DNA from: Chloroflexota bacterium
Lineage (GTDB): Bacteria; Chloroflexota; UBA11872; JBHOQS01
NCBI GenBank assembly: GCA_042408875.1
Contig: JBHOQS010000015.1
Coordinates: 79,299 to 143,298 of the forward strand
Direction of reading: 5' to 3'
Length of the DNA: 64,000 nt
The notes under the pieces: model-generated
What the model was told of the DNA's origin: nothing
The model's input: only the letters and a program-made list of their open reading frames with translations
Databases searched by the model: none
Part shown: one piece after another, positions 27,685 through 36,674 of the stretch
How the letters are laid out: every line of letters starts with the position of its first letter
Numbering within the stretch: position 1 is the stretch's first letter
Translations under genes and position numbers: made by a program

Positions 27685-28926
27685 GTGGCTATTGCGGTAA
27701 GCAAGCAAACGGTGCGCATCCCCTGGGCAGCGTTCTTCGGCGATACGGAGATCGAGCTGGCGTTCCCGGCGGAGTGGGACGTCGAGGTCTATCCGCCAGC
27801 GGACGGGCCGGACATCGGTGAGGATGGCATCGCCCAGGCGTTCGCCAACCCTATCGGCACGCCGCGCCTCGCTGAGCTCGCCCATGGCCGGCGCTCGGCG
27901 GTTATCATCGTGGATGACCTCTCTCGGCCGACCCCGGCGCACCGCCTGGTCCCGCGTGTGCTGGCCGAGCTCGAAGCTGGCGGTCTCAGCCGCGACCAGA
28001 TGCTCGTCATCATGGGCGTGGCCAACCACCGGCCGCTCACTCGCGAGGACATGGTGAAGAAGCTGGGCGAAGCGGTCGTCTCTACCGTACGCGTGAAGAA
28101 CCACTTCTCCTGGGCGCATTGCGCGTATATCGGCACGACCTCCCGCGGCACGCCAGTGGCGCTGAACAAAGACTTCCTCGCTGCCGATCTGAAGATCCTG
28201 GTCGGGAGCATTGTCCCGCACGGGAAGCCCGGTTTCGCCGGTGGCGCTAAGCTGGTGCTTCCCGGCGTGGCCTCGATCGACACTGCCTACGCCTGGCACG
28301 GTCCCGACGGCCCGCCGGGCGGGCTGATGAAGGTGGAGACCGAGGCGCGCCTGGACGCCGAAGAGGCGGCGCGCATGGCCGGGGTTGATGCCATCGTCAA
28401 TGTGATCCCGAACTCACGGCGTGGCATCGCCGGACTGGTCGTGGGTGACCTCGTGGCGGCCCATCGCGCTGGTGTGGCTATTGCCCAGCGCGTCTTCGCC
28501 ACGCGAGTGCCTGCCGGCGTGGATATCGGCGTCTTCACGGCATATCCAAAGGACACCGAGTACTGCCAGCTCAGCCTGGCGTTCAATGTGTGGTGGTCGG
28601 CGGCAGAGCCGATCGTGCACGAGCGCGGCACGATCGTAGCTTGCACCGCCGCCAGCGAGGGCCCGGGCTTCCATTCACTGATGGGGCCGGGGATGCGCCT
28701 GGGCGGTGAGTGGGGCGCCATGCGCAATCTCCGCCGTCCCTTCATGCCGCGGCAGATGATCATCTTCTCCCCCGGCATCTGCGAGAACGATCTCTCTCCA
28801 GAGGCACGTGCCGAGATGACCCTGTGCCGCACCTGGTCTTGCGTAGTTGAGCGGCTGCGCGAGCTCCACGGCAGCTCTGCCCGCGTGGCCGTCTTCCCGT
28901 GCTCGGCCATGCAGCTCGCTGCCTGA
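27685..28926 (+). CDS. LarA-like (DUF2088, lactate racemase family) protein
   Basis: GTG start with AGGAGAGAG RBS 4 nt upstream; IIVDDLSRPTP and HGKPGFAGGAK motifs resemble LarA family signatures as I recall them (not aligned). Confidence 0.65.
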   Translation: MAIAVSKQTVRIPWAAFFGDTEIELAFPAEWDVEVYPPADGPDIGEDGIAQAFANPIGTPRLAELAHGRRSAVIIVDDLSRPTPAHRLVPRVLAELEAGGLSRDQMLVIMGVANHRPLTREDMVKKLGEAVVSTVRVKNHFSWAHCAYIGTTSRGTPVALNKDFLAADLKILVGSIVPHGKPGFAGGAKLVLPGVASIDTAYAWHGPDGPPGGLMKVETEARLDAEEAARMAGVDAIVNVIPNSRRGIAGLVVGDLVAAHRAGVAIAQRVFATRVPAGVDIGVFTAYPKDTEYCQLSLAFNVWWSAAEPIVHERGTIVACTAASEGPGFHSLMGPGMRLGGEWGAMRNLRRPFMPRQMIIFSPGICENDLSPEARAEMTLCRTWSCVVERLRELHGSSARVAVFPCSAMQLAA

Positions 28927-28934
28927 GCGTCTCC

Positions 28935-28966
28935 TCGTACAATAGACACATCGTACAATAGACACA
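28935..28966. repeat. Tandem direct repeat 16 bp x2 (tcgtacaatagacaca)
   Basis: Perfect duplication just downstream of the LarA-like stop, within a lower-GC 439-bp intergenic region. Confidence 0.8.
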
Positions 28967-29022
28967 GTGGCGTTGTCCGGTGATAACGCCCCTGTGCTTG
29001 AAACGTGCTCCTGTCCAGAATG

Positions 29023-29037
29023 TTTACTACTAGTAAA
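29023..29037. promoter_or_regulatory. Perfect palindrome TTTACTA-C-TAGTAAA (candidate operator)
   Basis: 7-bp inverted arms around a central C in the leader of the sugar ABC transporter operon. Confidence 0.4.
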
Positions 29038-29230
29038 TTGATAAATGGTGCACATCAGCACAAGCCACTGCACCGATTGTGTCCTTTTCAGGGATTCAGT
29101 AGAATAGCCTATGCCTTATAGGCGTCACATGCTTTACAGACAGGCAGAAACGTCTGGCACACCGCAGGCGCTCTCTGCCATGAGGTTTGCGACGCACTGT
29201 ACGACATACGTACGATATACTGTCCTCTAT

Positions 29231-29294
29231 GAAGACACGCATGGCGCGGAAGACACGCATGGCGCGGAAGACACACATGGCGCGTCAAGACACG
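29231..29294. repeat. Tandem 18-bp repeat, about 3.5 copies (gaagacacgcatggcgcg)
   Basis: Copies at 29231, 29249, 29267 (one mismatch) and a partial fourth; non-coding, upstream of the permease start. Confidence 0.8.
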
Positions 29295-29365
29295 TTGTTT
29301 CGACGTATGAGGTAGTCGTGCCGCTGCTGCCGCAGAGGCAGCGCCGCTGGAAAACTGGAGGTGCT

Positions 29366-30307
29366 ATGTCGGCTGACCGTGTTCTGGCACCGCCATCACC
29401 GCTCACCATAGCGCGACGAGCACGCTGGTCTGCCCTGGGGCCGGACTGGAAGATCGGGTACGCGCTGGTTCTACCGGTCGTCAGCATCCTGCTCGCATTC
29501 ATCGCTGTTCCCTTCCTGACCTCGATCTTGATGAGCTTCCAGGACATACGAGCCGGCGGGGACGCGGTGTTCGTCGGCCTGCGCAACTACACCAGTCTGC
29601 TGTTCGGTGCGAACCGGGCGCGCTTCCTCAATAGCGTGTGGGTGAGCTTCCTGTATACGTTCGCCGCTATTGTGTTGAAGTTCATCCTGGGTATGACGCT
29701 GGCGCTGGTGCTGCATAGCGCTATCCGCGGCCGCAACTTCTTCCGCGCGCTCCTCTTCCTGCCGTGGTCTATCCCCGCTGTGGTCAGCGCGTACGCCTGG
29801 AAGTGGATCTACGACGATATGCGCGGCGTCCTGAACGTGGAGCTCAGCTACTTCGGCCTGATCAAGGAGCCCATTCTCTGGACTGCCGACATCAACCTGG
29901 CGCTCTGGGCGGTGGTCGCAGCAGTAGTCTGGCAGGGCACGCCCTTCTGGACTATGACCTTCCTCGCCGGGCTCCAGTCGATCCCTCATGAGCTCTACGA
30001 TGCCGCGCATATCGACGGCGCCGGCGCCTTGCAGAGCTTCTTTTATGTCACATTACCCAGCCTGGCCAATGTGATCCTGGTGACGGTGCTGCTCTCGACT
30101 ATCTGGACAGCCAACGGCCTCCAGTACGTGTACATCCTCACGGCGGGCGGGCCGGCGAACAGCACAGAGATCTTCCCCATGCTAGCGCTGAACCTGGGTC
30201 TGCGGGCGTACGACCTGGGCATGGGGGCCACGGTGCCGCTGATGTTCTTCCCGTTCTTTGCCGTGCTGATCGTTATTCTGACCAGGCGCATGCTTCAGCA
30301 TGAGTAG
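29366..30307 (+). CDS. ABC transporter permease (MalF/UgpA-type sugar permease)
   Basis: ORF 29111..30307 trimmed to ATG 29366 with GGAGGT RBS; the upstream part of the ORF spans the tandem repeats; EAA-type loop region. Confidence 0.85.
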   Translation: MSADRVLAPPSPLTIARRARWSALGPDWKIGYALVLPVVSILLAFIAVPFLTSILMSFQDIRAGGDAVFVGLRNYTSLLFGANRARFLNSVWVSFLYTFAAIVLKFILGMTLALVLHSAIRGRNFFRALLFLPWSIPAVVSAYAWKWIYDDMRGVLNVELSYFGLIKEPILWTADINLALWAVVAAVVWQGTPFWTMTFLAGLQSIPHELYDAAHIDGAGALQSFFYVTLPSLANVILVTVLLSTIWTANGLQYVYILTAGGPANSTEIFPMLALNLGLRAYDLGMGATVPLMFFPFFAVLIVILTRRMLQHE

Positions 30308-30391
30308 CGCCGGGACCGCCGGGCTGAAGCCCGGAGTCGCGCTGGCGCCTGCGCCGTGGAAGAGCGAGGAGCAAGAAGCACAAGGAGACAG

Positions 30392-31291
30392 ATGACGGTG
30401 GAGCGAGCGACGACGCTGGGAACAGGGATGCGGGCGCGGAGCTCCGTGCTGGCCGTCCTGACCCACAAGAACCGCCACTGGCTGGCGCTGGCGTACGTCA
30501 TCGTGGTCGTGGCCAGCCTGTGGGCGATCTTCCCCTTCTACTGGATGCTGCTTACGTCGGTGCGCCATGAAAGCGAGATGTACAGCCGCGATCCGGCGCT
30601 GTGGCCGAAGTCTTTCACGTTGCAGCATTACCATTCCGCGCTGTTTGCATCAGGCTTCCCGCGCTTCTTTGCGAACAGCTTCATCGTCGCTGCCAGCACG
30701 ACGGTGGTCTCCGTTATCGCCGGAGCGATGGCGGCCTACGCGCTCACCCGGCTCCGCTTCGCCGGCCGTCCGCTGATCGCCCGCATGCTGGTGGTCAGCT
30801 ATCTGGCCCCTGGTTCAGTGCTGTTCATCCCGCTCTTCGCCCTGTTCGTGTCCCTCCGCCTCACCAATACGCTGCACGGCCTGGTGCTGGCGCACCTGAC
30901 GTTCACCGTGCCGTTCTCCACCTGGATGCTGATGGGCTATTTCCGCACCATCCCGGTCGAGCTCGAAGAGGCCGCGCTTGTGGACGGGGCTACGCGCTGG
31001 GGCGCCCTGTGGCGCGTGGTCGCTCCGCTCTCGGCGCCGGCGCTGGTCGTTGTCGCGGTGTTCTCGTTCACGCTCTCATGGAACGAATTCCTCTATGCCC
31101 TGGTGCTGGTCCAGCGCAAGGAGCTCATGACCGCGCCGGTCGGGCTGACCTTCTTCCAGACCGCCGATCTCTTCTACTGGGGCGCGATCATGGCGGCGTC
31201 TACCCTGATGGCGCTCCTGCCGGTGCTGCTGTATATCATCGGGCAACGCTGGGTGATCGCTGGCTGGACTGCCGGCGCAGTCAAGCACTAG
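30392..31291 (+). CDS. ABC transporter permease (MalG/UgpE-type sugar permease)
   Basis: ORF 30356..31291 trimmed to ATG 30392 with AGGAG RBS; EAA loop VELEEAALVDGATRWGALWRVVAP. Confidence 0.85.
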   Translation: MTVERATTLGTGMRARSSVLAVLTHKNRHWLALAYVIVVVASLWAIFPFYWMLLTSVRHESEMYSRDPALWPKSFTLQHYHSALFASGFPRFFANSFIVAASTTVVSVIAGAMAAYALTRLRFAGRPLIARMLVVSYLAPGSVLFIPLFALFVSLRLTNTLHGLVLAHLTFTVPFSTWMLMGYFRTIPVELEEAALVDGATRWGALWRVVAPLSAPALVVVAVFSFTLSWNEFLYALVLVQRKELMTAPVGLTFFQTADLFYWGAIMAASTLMALLPVLLYIIGQRWVIAGWTAGAVKH

Positions 31292-31369
31292 CACGCGTTG
31301 TCGAGGGTAGCAGGCATCAATAGTCCTCATGCTGACATCATGCCAACAATCATCAAGGGAGGCACACAG

Positions 31370-32704
31370 ATGCGTACCGCATTGACGCGACGAACGGCCC
31401 TCGGTCTGTTCAGCGCCGGGATGGGAGCTGGCCTGGCGGCTGCCTGCGCACCCGGCGCAGGCGGGGGGCAGGTCACGACCGGCGGAAAGGGCGCCCAGAT
31501 CACCGTCTGGCGCGGCAGCGACTACATCCCCGAGGTCAATGCCTACTTAAAGGAGATGTGGGAGCAGTACGCCAGGGAGAAGGAGCTCAAAGTCGCCCTG
31601 GAAGAGAAGAGCGGCAACTGGAACGACCAGCTCATTGCCGCTGTCCAGGCCGGTACGCCGCCCGATATTGTGGGTGTGTTCGACTACCAGACCCAGTACT
31701 GGCGCAGCCAGGGCCAGACCATCGATGTCACCGACATGGTCACCCGCTACCGCAGCGCGGAAGGCGGCTTCTTCGACTATGTGAACGCCACCACGATGCA
31801 CCAGGGCAAGTACTACGGTGTGCCGCTGGCGGTGAATGCCTGGCCCTTCCACGTGCGTCAGGACATCCTGGACCGGCAGGGCGGGAAGTGGCCGGATAGC
31901 TGGGAACAGTTCCGCGCCATCTCGCGGGCCGTGACCAGAGCGCCGGACTTCTACGCCTACGGCATGACCCTCGGCCGGACGAACGACGTGAACAACCACT
32001 TCCTGGGTACCTTGTGGACCTTCGGTGGCAAGCTCCAGAACGACGATGGCAGCCTGGCCGTGGATGCGCGCAACAGCGCCTGGCTGGAGACGTTGAACCT
32101 CATCAAGAGAATGTATGAGGAGGACAAGATCATCCCGCCGGGCGCGATCAACTGGGACGACGGCGCCAACAACAACGCCTACCAGGGCGAGCAGATCGCC
32201 TGGACCTCTAACCCCACCAGCATCTACACCTGGCTGGCGCGCAATAACAAGCCGGATATCCTGAAGGCCACGAAGTTCTACCCCTATCCGAAGGGGCCGG
32301 CAGGCCAGTACGGCCAGGTCGATGTGTGGGCACACGTGATCTTCAAAGCGAGTAAAGCGCAGGCAGAGGCGAAGGGCGCGCTCGAATACGTGCTGCGGCC
32401 CGAGCGCTACAAGACCTACATCGAGAATCTCAAGGGCCGCTTCCTGCCGGTGTACAAGAACTTCGTGGACCTGCCAATGTGGAAGGAGAACCCGGCGTAC
32501 GCCGAGTATGGCAACATCGCCCGGAACGGCCGCATCATGGCCTATTCCTCGTCGCCGTCGCCGGCATACTCCGATATTACGACGAAGTTCCTGATCGGCG
32601 ATATGATGCAGGACCTACTGGTCAAAAAACAGACGCCCCAGCAGGCGTTGCAGACTTTTGTCGAGGCAGCCAAGGCAATCTACGAACGCTACCGGGGACG
32701 CTAG
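31370..32704 (+). CDS. ABC transporter solute-binding protein (sugar type), Tat/lipoprotein-like signal
   Basis: ORF 31298..32704 trimmed to ATG 31370 with GGGAGG RBS; MRTALTRRTALGLFSAGMGAGLAAAC signal with lipobox. Confidence 0.85.
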   Translation: MRTALTRRTALGLFSAGMGAGLAAACAPGAGGGQVTTGGKGAQITVWRGSDYIPEVNAYLKEMWEQYAREKELKVALEEKSGNWNDQLIAAVQAGTPPDIVGVFDYQTQYWRSQGQTIDVTDMVTRYRSAEGGFFDYVNATTMHQGKYYGVPLAVNAWPFHVRQDILDRQGGKWPDSWEQFRAISRAVTRAPDFYAYGMTLGRTNDVNNHFLGTLWTFGGKLQNDDGSLAVDARNSAWLETLNLIKRMYEEDKIIPPGAINWDDGANNNAYQGEQIAWTSNPTSIYTWLARNNKPDILKATKFYPYPKGPAGQYGQVDVWAHVIFKASKAQAEAKGALEYVLRPERYKTYIENLKGRFLPVYKNFVDLPMWKENPAYAEYGNIARNGRIMAYSSSPSPAYSDITTKFLIGDMMQDLLVKKQTPQQALQTFVEAAKAIYERYRGR

Positions 32705-32728
32705 CGCGACGGGCCGACCGCACGCACT

Positions 32729-32758
32729 GACCCCTCCCCGCCATGGCGGGGAGGGGTC
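32729..32758. terminator. GC-rich hairpin between convergent genes (bidirectional terminator candidate)
   Basis: gacccctccccgcc atgg cggggaggggtc perfect inverted repeat; no clear U-tract. Confidence 0.4.
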
Positions 32759-32796
32759 TCTCCAAGCGGCAGGGGATGCCTGGCCGTCCTGCTGTG

Positions 32797-34419
32797 CTAG
32801 CGCTTCCTCACCACGACATCCCGCAGCCAGGGCAGCACCACCGGGGCGACGATGGCGTTCTGCACGTGCGGCTTCATCAGCACGTAGTTTCGGCTGTGGT
32901 ACAGGGGCACGATCGGCGCTTCGTTCACGATGAGCTGCTCTGCTTCATGGTAAAGGCGGTACCGCTGGCCCTGGTCCCGCTCAGTGCGCGCTTGCTCGAG
33001 CAGGCGGTCCACCTCGCTGTTGGCGTAGAACGTATGGTTCTCCCCGCTCTCGCTGTGAAAGAGCAGGTCGAGGAAGTTCTGTGGGTCGGGGTAATCGGCC
33101 ACCCAGCCGAGCTCAAACATCTGCGGGCGGTTGCGCGGCCGGTCGAGCTCCTGCATGAACGTGCGGAAGTCTACCTGCCGCACCGTGACATCGACGCCAA
33201 GGTTGCGCTTCCACATGTCGAGCACTGCCCGCAGCACGCGACCCAGACCGCCAGTTTCGCCGCTGGTGACTAGGGTGACAGGTGGCAGGCCCGAAGCATC
33301 GTGGTACGAGGTCTCCGCGAGCAGGCGGCGCGCCCGCGCCGGGTCGAAGTCCAGCCCGACGAGCTTCTCGTTGTAGCCCGGCAGACCCGGCGGAAGCACC
33401 CCTCGCGCCGGAATGGCCATGCCCCGCAGCACCACGCGGGCGAGCTTCTCTTTGTCGATGGCGAGGGCAAAGGCCTGGCGGACTTTGACCTCGTCGAAGG
33501 GGCGAGCGCGCACGTTGAACCCGATGTAGTTCACGTCCAGCATATCGACAGTGCGGAGCTCTTTGCTAAGCGGGTTCTTCTTGTCGGTCGCCCGATCAAT
33601 GTCGGCCAGCGTCACCGGAGCAACATCGAGCTCGCCGCGCTCGTACAGCGCCATCGCGGCTTGCGGGCCAAGGTCCAGCAGGAACTCAACGCGCGCTAGC
33701 GCCGGCTTGCGTCCGTAATAGGCATCGTTCCGCACGAGTACGATGCGCTCGTCTTCGTCCCAGCGCGCCAGACGGAACGGCCCGGTGCCGTTCGGCTCAC
33801 GATACCAGTCCCTGCCCTTGTCGACGTTCGCCCGATCGACCACAAACGCCGTAGGATAGGTCAGCTTGGCCAGGAAGTACGGCTTCGGCGCGTCAATGGT
33901 AATCTCGATGGTGAAGTCGTCCTTGACCTGTACACCGGCGATCTCACGGGCGTTGCCCCGCAGCCGCTCGCGCACGCCCTGGATGTCGCCCAGGTACGTC
34001 TGCGCTACCGGCGATTGTAGCGCCGGATCAGTCGCCCGCTCGAGCGAGTACTTAACGTCCTGGGCGGTGACCTCCCTCCCGCTGTGAAAACGCACGCCCC
34101 GCCGGAGCTCGAAGGTATAGGTGCGACCGTCCGGGCTCACCGTCCATCTAGCAGCGAGATCTGGCACCACCTGGAGCTTCGTATCGAGGGCGACCAGGCC
34201 GCTGAAGATCTCTACGAGGTAGTTCGCTGAGGTGACGTCCTGGGCCACGGCCGGGTCGAGCGTGGTCGGGCTGCTGCCGATCAGGGCAAGGACCTGCTCG
34301 CCCCGCGCGCCACCGACCAGCCTGTCTAGCTCAGGCAGGCGGACGCGGCAGCCGGTTGCAGCGACAGCCGGCAGAGTCGTCAGGAGATACGCTAGGGCGC
34401 GCCGACGGTTCGTACGCAT
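32797..34419 (-). CDS. ABC transporter solute-binding protein, family 5 (peptide/nickel/oligosaccharide type)
   Basis: 540 aa; signal peptide with lipobox (LPAVAATGC); family-5 SBP architecture; no adjacent permease genes. Confidence 0.8.
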   Translation of the reverse strand: MRTNRRRALAYLLTTLPAVAATGCRVRLPELDRLVGGARGEQVLALIGSSPTTLDPAVAQDVTSANYLVEIFSGLVALDTKLQVVPDLAARWTVSPDGRTYTFELRRGVRFHSGREVTAQDVKYSLERATDPALQSPVAQTYLGDIQGVRERLRGNAREIAGVQVKDDFTIEITIDAPKPYFLAKLTYPTAFVVDRANVDKGRDWYREPNGTGPFRLARWDEDERIVLVRNDAYYGRKPALARVEFLLDLGPQAAMALYERGELDVAPVTLADIDRATDKKNPLSKELRTVDMLDVNYIGFNVRARPFDEVKVRQAFALAIDKEKLARVVLRGMAIPARGVLPPGLPGYNEKLVGLDFDPARARRLLAETSYHDASGLPPVTLVTSGETGGLGRVLRAVLDMWKRNLGVDVTVRQVDFRTFMQELDRPRNRPQMFELGWVADYPDPQNFLDLLFHSESGENHTFYANSEVDRLLEQARTERDQGQRYRLYHEAEQLIVNEAPIVPLYHSRNYVLMKPHVQNAIVAPVVLPWLRDVVVRKR

Positions 34420-34464
34420 CGTCCTCGTCAGTCAGTATACCACTAGGTCGGTAGTTTATTGGTT

Positions 34465-35316
34465 TCAAACCGATAAAGTCCCCCCAATACCAAAGACCTC
34501 CTGTGCCCGCTCCAGGAACCAGCGATGGGCGCGAGGACGCCCGGCGACCCATTCACCGCGCCAGATCGTCGGCGGCCGCCCGGCCCAGTCGCTGGCGGCG
34601 CAGCCTGCCTCCTGAACGAGCAGAGCCGCCGCGGCGACATCCCAGGGGTTAAGGCTGGGGTGGTAATGCAAGTCCAGACGTCCGGCGGCTACATAGGCCA
34701 GCGCCAGTGCCGCGGAGCCGAGCACCCGTACAGCTTCGGCCTCCGGCGCCAACCGCGCGGCCAGGGTATAGGCGCGTCGGCGCATCTCTGGATGGGAGGA
34801 TGCATCGAAGGACACCAGCCAAGCGCGGTCAGCCTCTGCGTCTTCTGGTGGCACCGACAGCGGCTCGCCATTGCGTTGCGCGCCGCGGCCGGCCACAGCG
34901 GTGAACAGCTCGTCTCGCAGCGGATCGTACAGCGCTGCGACGACCGGCGTGCCGTCACACACGAGGGCGACCGACACACAGAAGAACGGCACACCCCAGG
35001 CGAAGTTGGTCGTGCCATCTAACGGATCGACGATCCACTGGCAGCCAGCGTGCCGTGGCACTGCCTGGGGCGCCAGCTCCTCGGACAGGAAGCCGTGGTC
35101 GGGGAACTCCCTCCGCACGAGTTCACGGACGGCCGTATCCGCGGCTACGTCGATTTCTGTGACGATGTTCCCGTGTCCTTTGGAGGCGCGCCAGAAAGTG
35201 CCACCGAAGCCCTTGCGCACGATCTCCCCGGCGCGACGCGCTGCCTCAGTAGCAACATTGAGCGCGCTGCGCCCGCTTGCAGCGCGCAGGACGGACCGGC
35301 CTTCGCCTGCCGGCAC
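34465..35316 (-). CDS. Inositol monophosphatase family protein (IMPase/SuhB-like)
   Basis: ORF 34465..35376 trimmed to GTG 35316 after a purine-rich RBS; WIVDPLDGTTNF and downstream IMPase metal-binding motifs. Confidence 0.8.
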   Translation of the reverse strand: MPAGEGRSVLRAASGRSALNVATEAARRAGEIVRKGFGGTFWRASKGHGNIVTEIDVAADTAVRELVRREFPDHGFLSEELAPQAVPRHAGCQWIVDPLDGTTNFAWGVPFFCVSVALVCDGTPVVAALYDPLRDELFTAVAGRGAQRNGEPLSVPPEDAEADRAWLVSFDASSHPEMRRRAYTLAARLAPEAEAVRVLGSAALALAYVAAGRLDLHYHPSLNPWDVAAAALLVQEAGCAASDWAGRPPTIWRGEWVAGRPRAHRWFLERAQEVFGIGGTLSV

Positions 35317-35591
35317 CCTGTTCTCTCTCTTCTCTTCTCCCTCCGCTACTCTCCGCTGCTCCCTGCTGCTCTCCATAAGAGCCCTGCTGCTCCAAAAATA
35401 TTCCTATTTCTCATACTCTCTCATATACCCTTGAAAGGCAACGCTGGCATTCTAGCACCGCCGAGGAGCCGCCCCCAAACCGGCTCCCGCCCGGCGTCGC
35501 AGCGAAGATCCACCGTCTTGTTCCAACGATAGGCGCGTGCTATTGTTGTCCTACGAAAGGGCTTCCTGAAGAGACCGAAGCAGAGGCGTCC

Positions 35592-36644
35592 ATGGTACGT
35601 GACAGGGCGCTCGTCACGCATGGCTCTCGTCGCGTGCTGGGCCGGCGCCTGGTCCTGGCGGCGAGCAGCCTGCTGATGGCCTGTGCCACGCGCAGTGCCT
35701 CGACGGATGCACCCGCCACTCAGCCGCGGGACACGCCCGTCGTGCCGGGAGGGCCGGCGGTCGAGCGCGGCCCGGGCCGCTGGTACAGCCTCGCGCCAGC
35801 GCCGACACCGCGCAGCGAGGTGGCCGCTGCCGCAGTGCAGCGCAGTATTCTCCTGGTCGGTGGCTTCGTGCAGAATGGCGGCGTCTCCAACGTTGCCGAA
35901 GAGTACGATATCCCCGCCGACCGCTGGCGGCCGCGGGCGTCTCTCCCGAAGCCCGTGCACCACCCTGCTGCGGCGGCGCTGGATGGAAGGCTCTTCGTGG
36001 CCGGTGGTTTCGATGAGCGCGGGGCGCCGCTAGCCGACCTCTGGGAGTTCGACCTCACCGCTGATCGCTGGATCGCCCGTGCCCCCATGCCATCGCCGCG
36101 TGGCGCGCTCGCTCTCGTTGCGCTCGATGGACAGCTCTACGCTGTAGGGGGCGTTGGCCCCGGTGGTGATGTCGGCGCGAATGAGGCGTACGATCCAGTT
36201 GCGGACCGCTGGACACGCCGGCGGCCCATGCCGACGGCTCGCGACCATCTCGCCGCAGCTGTAGTGCGCGGCCGCCTCTACGTGATCGGCGGCCGCGTCG
36301 GTGGCTTCGATCGGAATCTAGATCGCAACGAAGTGTACGATCCGCAGAGTGATAGCTGGGCGCTACGCCGGCCCATGCCCACTCCGCGCAGCGGCATTGC
36401 CGCCGCAGCCGTCGGAGAGCGCATCTATGTCTTCGGTGGCGAAGCGCCCTCGAAGACATTCAACGAAAATGAAGAGTATGACCCGGCCGCCGATGCCTGG
36501 GCCGCGCGCGCTGCCATGCCGGTGGCGCGGCATGGCCTGGCGGCGGTCACAGTGGGCGGGACAATCTATGTGCTTGCCGGCGGCCGCACGCCTGGCCTCT
36601 CGGTCAGCGGGCTGAATGAGGCATTCACGCCCGGCGCGGGATAG
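35592..36644 (+). CDS. Kelch-repeat beta-propeller lipoprotein
   Basis: Repeated GG..Y.FGG / R...P.PR.. units; N-terminal signal with LLMAC lipobox. Confidence 0.75.
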   Translation: MVRDRALVTHGSRRVLGRRLVLAASSLLMACATRSASTDAPATQPRDTPVVPGGPAVERGPGRWYSLAPAPTPRSEVAAAAVQRSILLVGGFVQNGGVSNVAEEYDIPADRWRPRASLPKPVHHPAAAALDGRLFVAGGFDERGAPLADLWEFDLTADRWIARAPMPSPRGALALVALDGQLYAVGGVGPGGDVGANEAYDPVADRWTRRRPMPTARDHLAAAVVRGRLYVIGGRVGGFDRNLDRNEVYDPQSDSWALRRPMPTPRSGIAAAAVGERIYVFGGEAPSKTFNENEEYDPAADAWAARAAMPVARHGLAAVTVGGTIYVLAGGRTPGLSVSGLNEAFTPGAG

Positions 36645-36674
36645 AGAGGCTCCGGGCCGGCGCCTGCCGGAGCA

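Noticed and set aside
29231-29294. Possible CRISPR array (also considered for 54031..54093)
   Set aside because: Repeat units are 15 to 18 bp, directly tandem with no spacers, and there are no cas genes; these are simple tandem repeats.
29111-29365. N-terminal extension of the ABC permease ORF encoding repeated EDTHGA
   Set aside because: It is produced by the non-coding 18-bp tandem repeats; a strong RBS and ATG lie at 29366.
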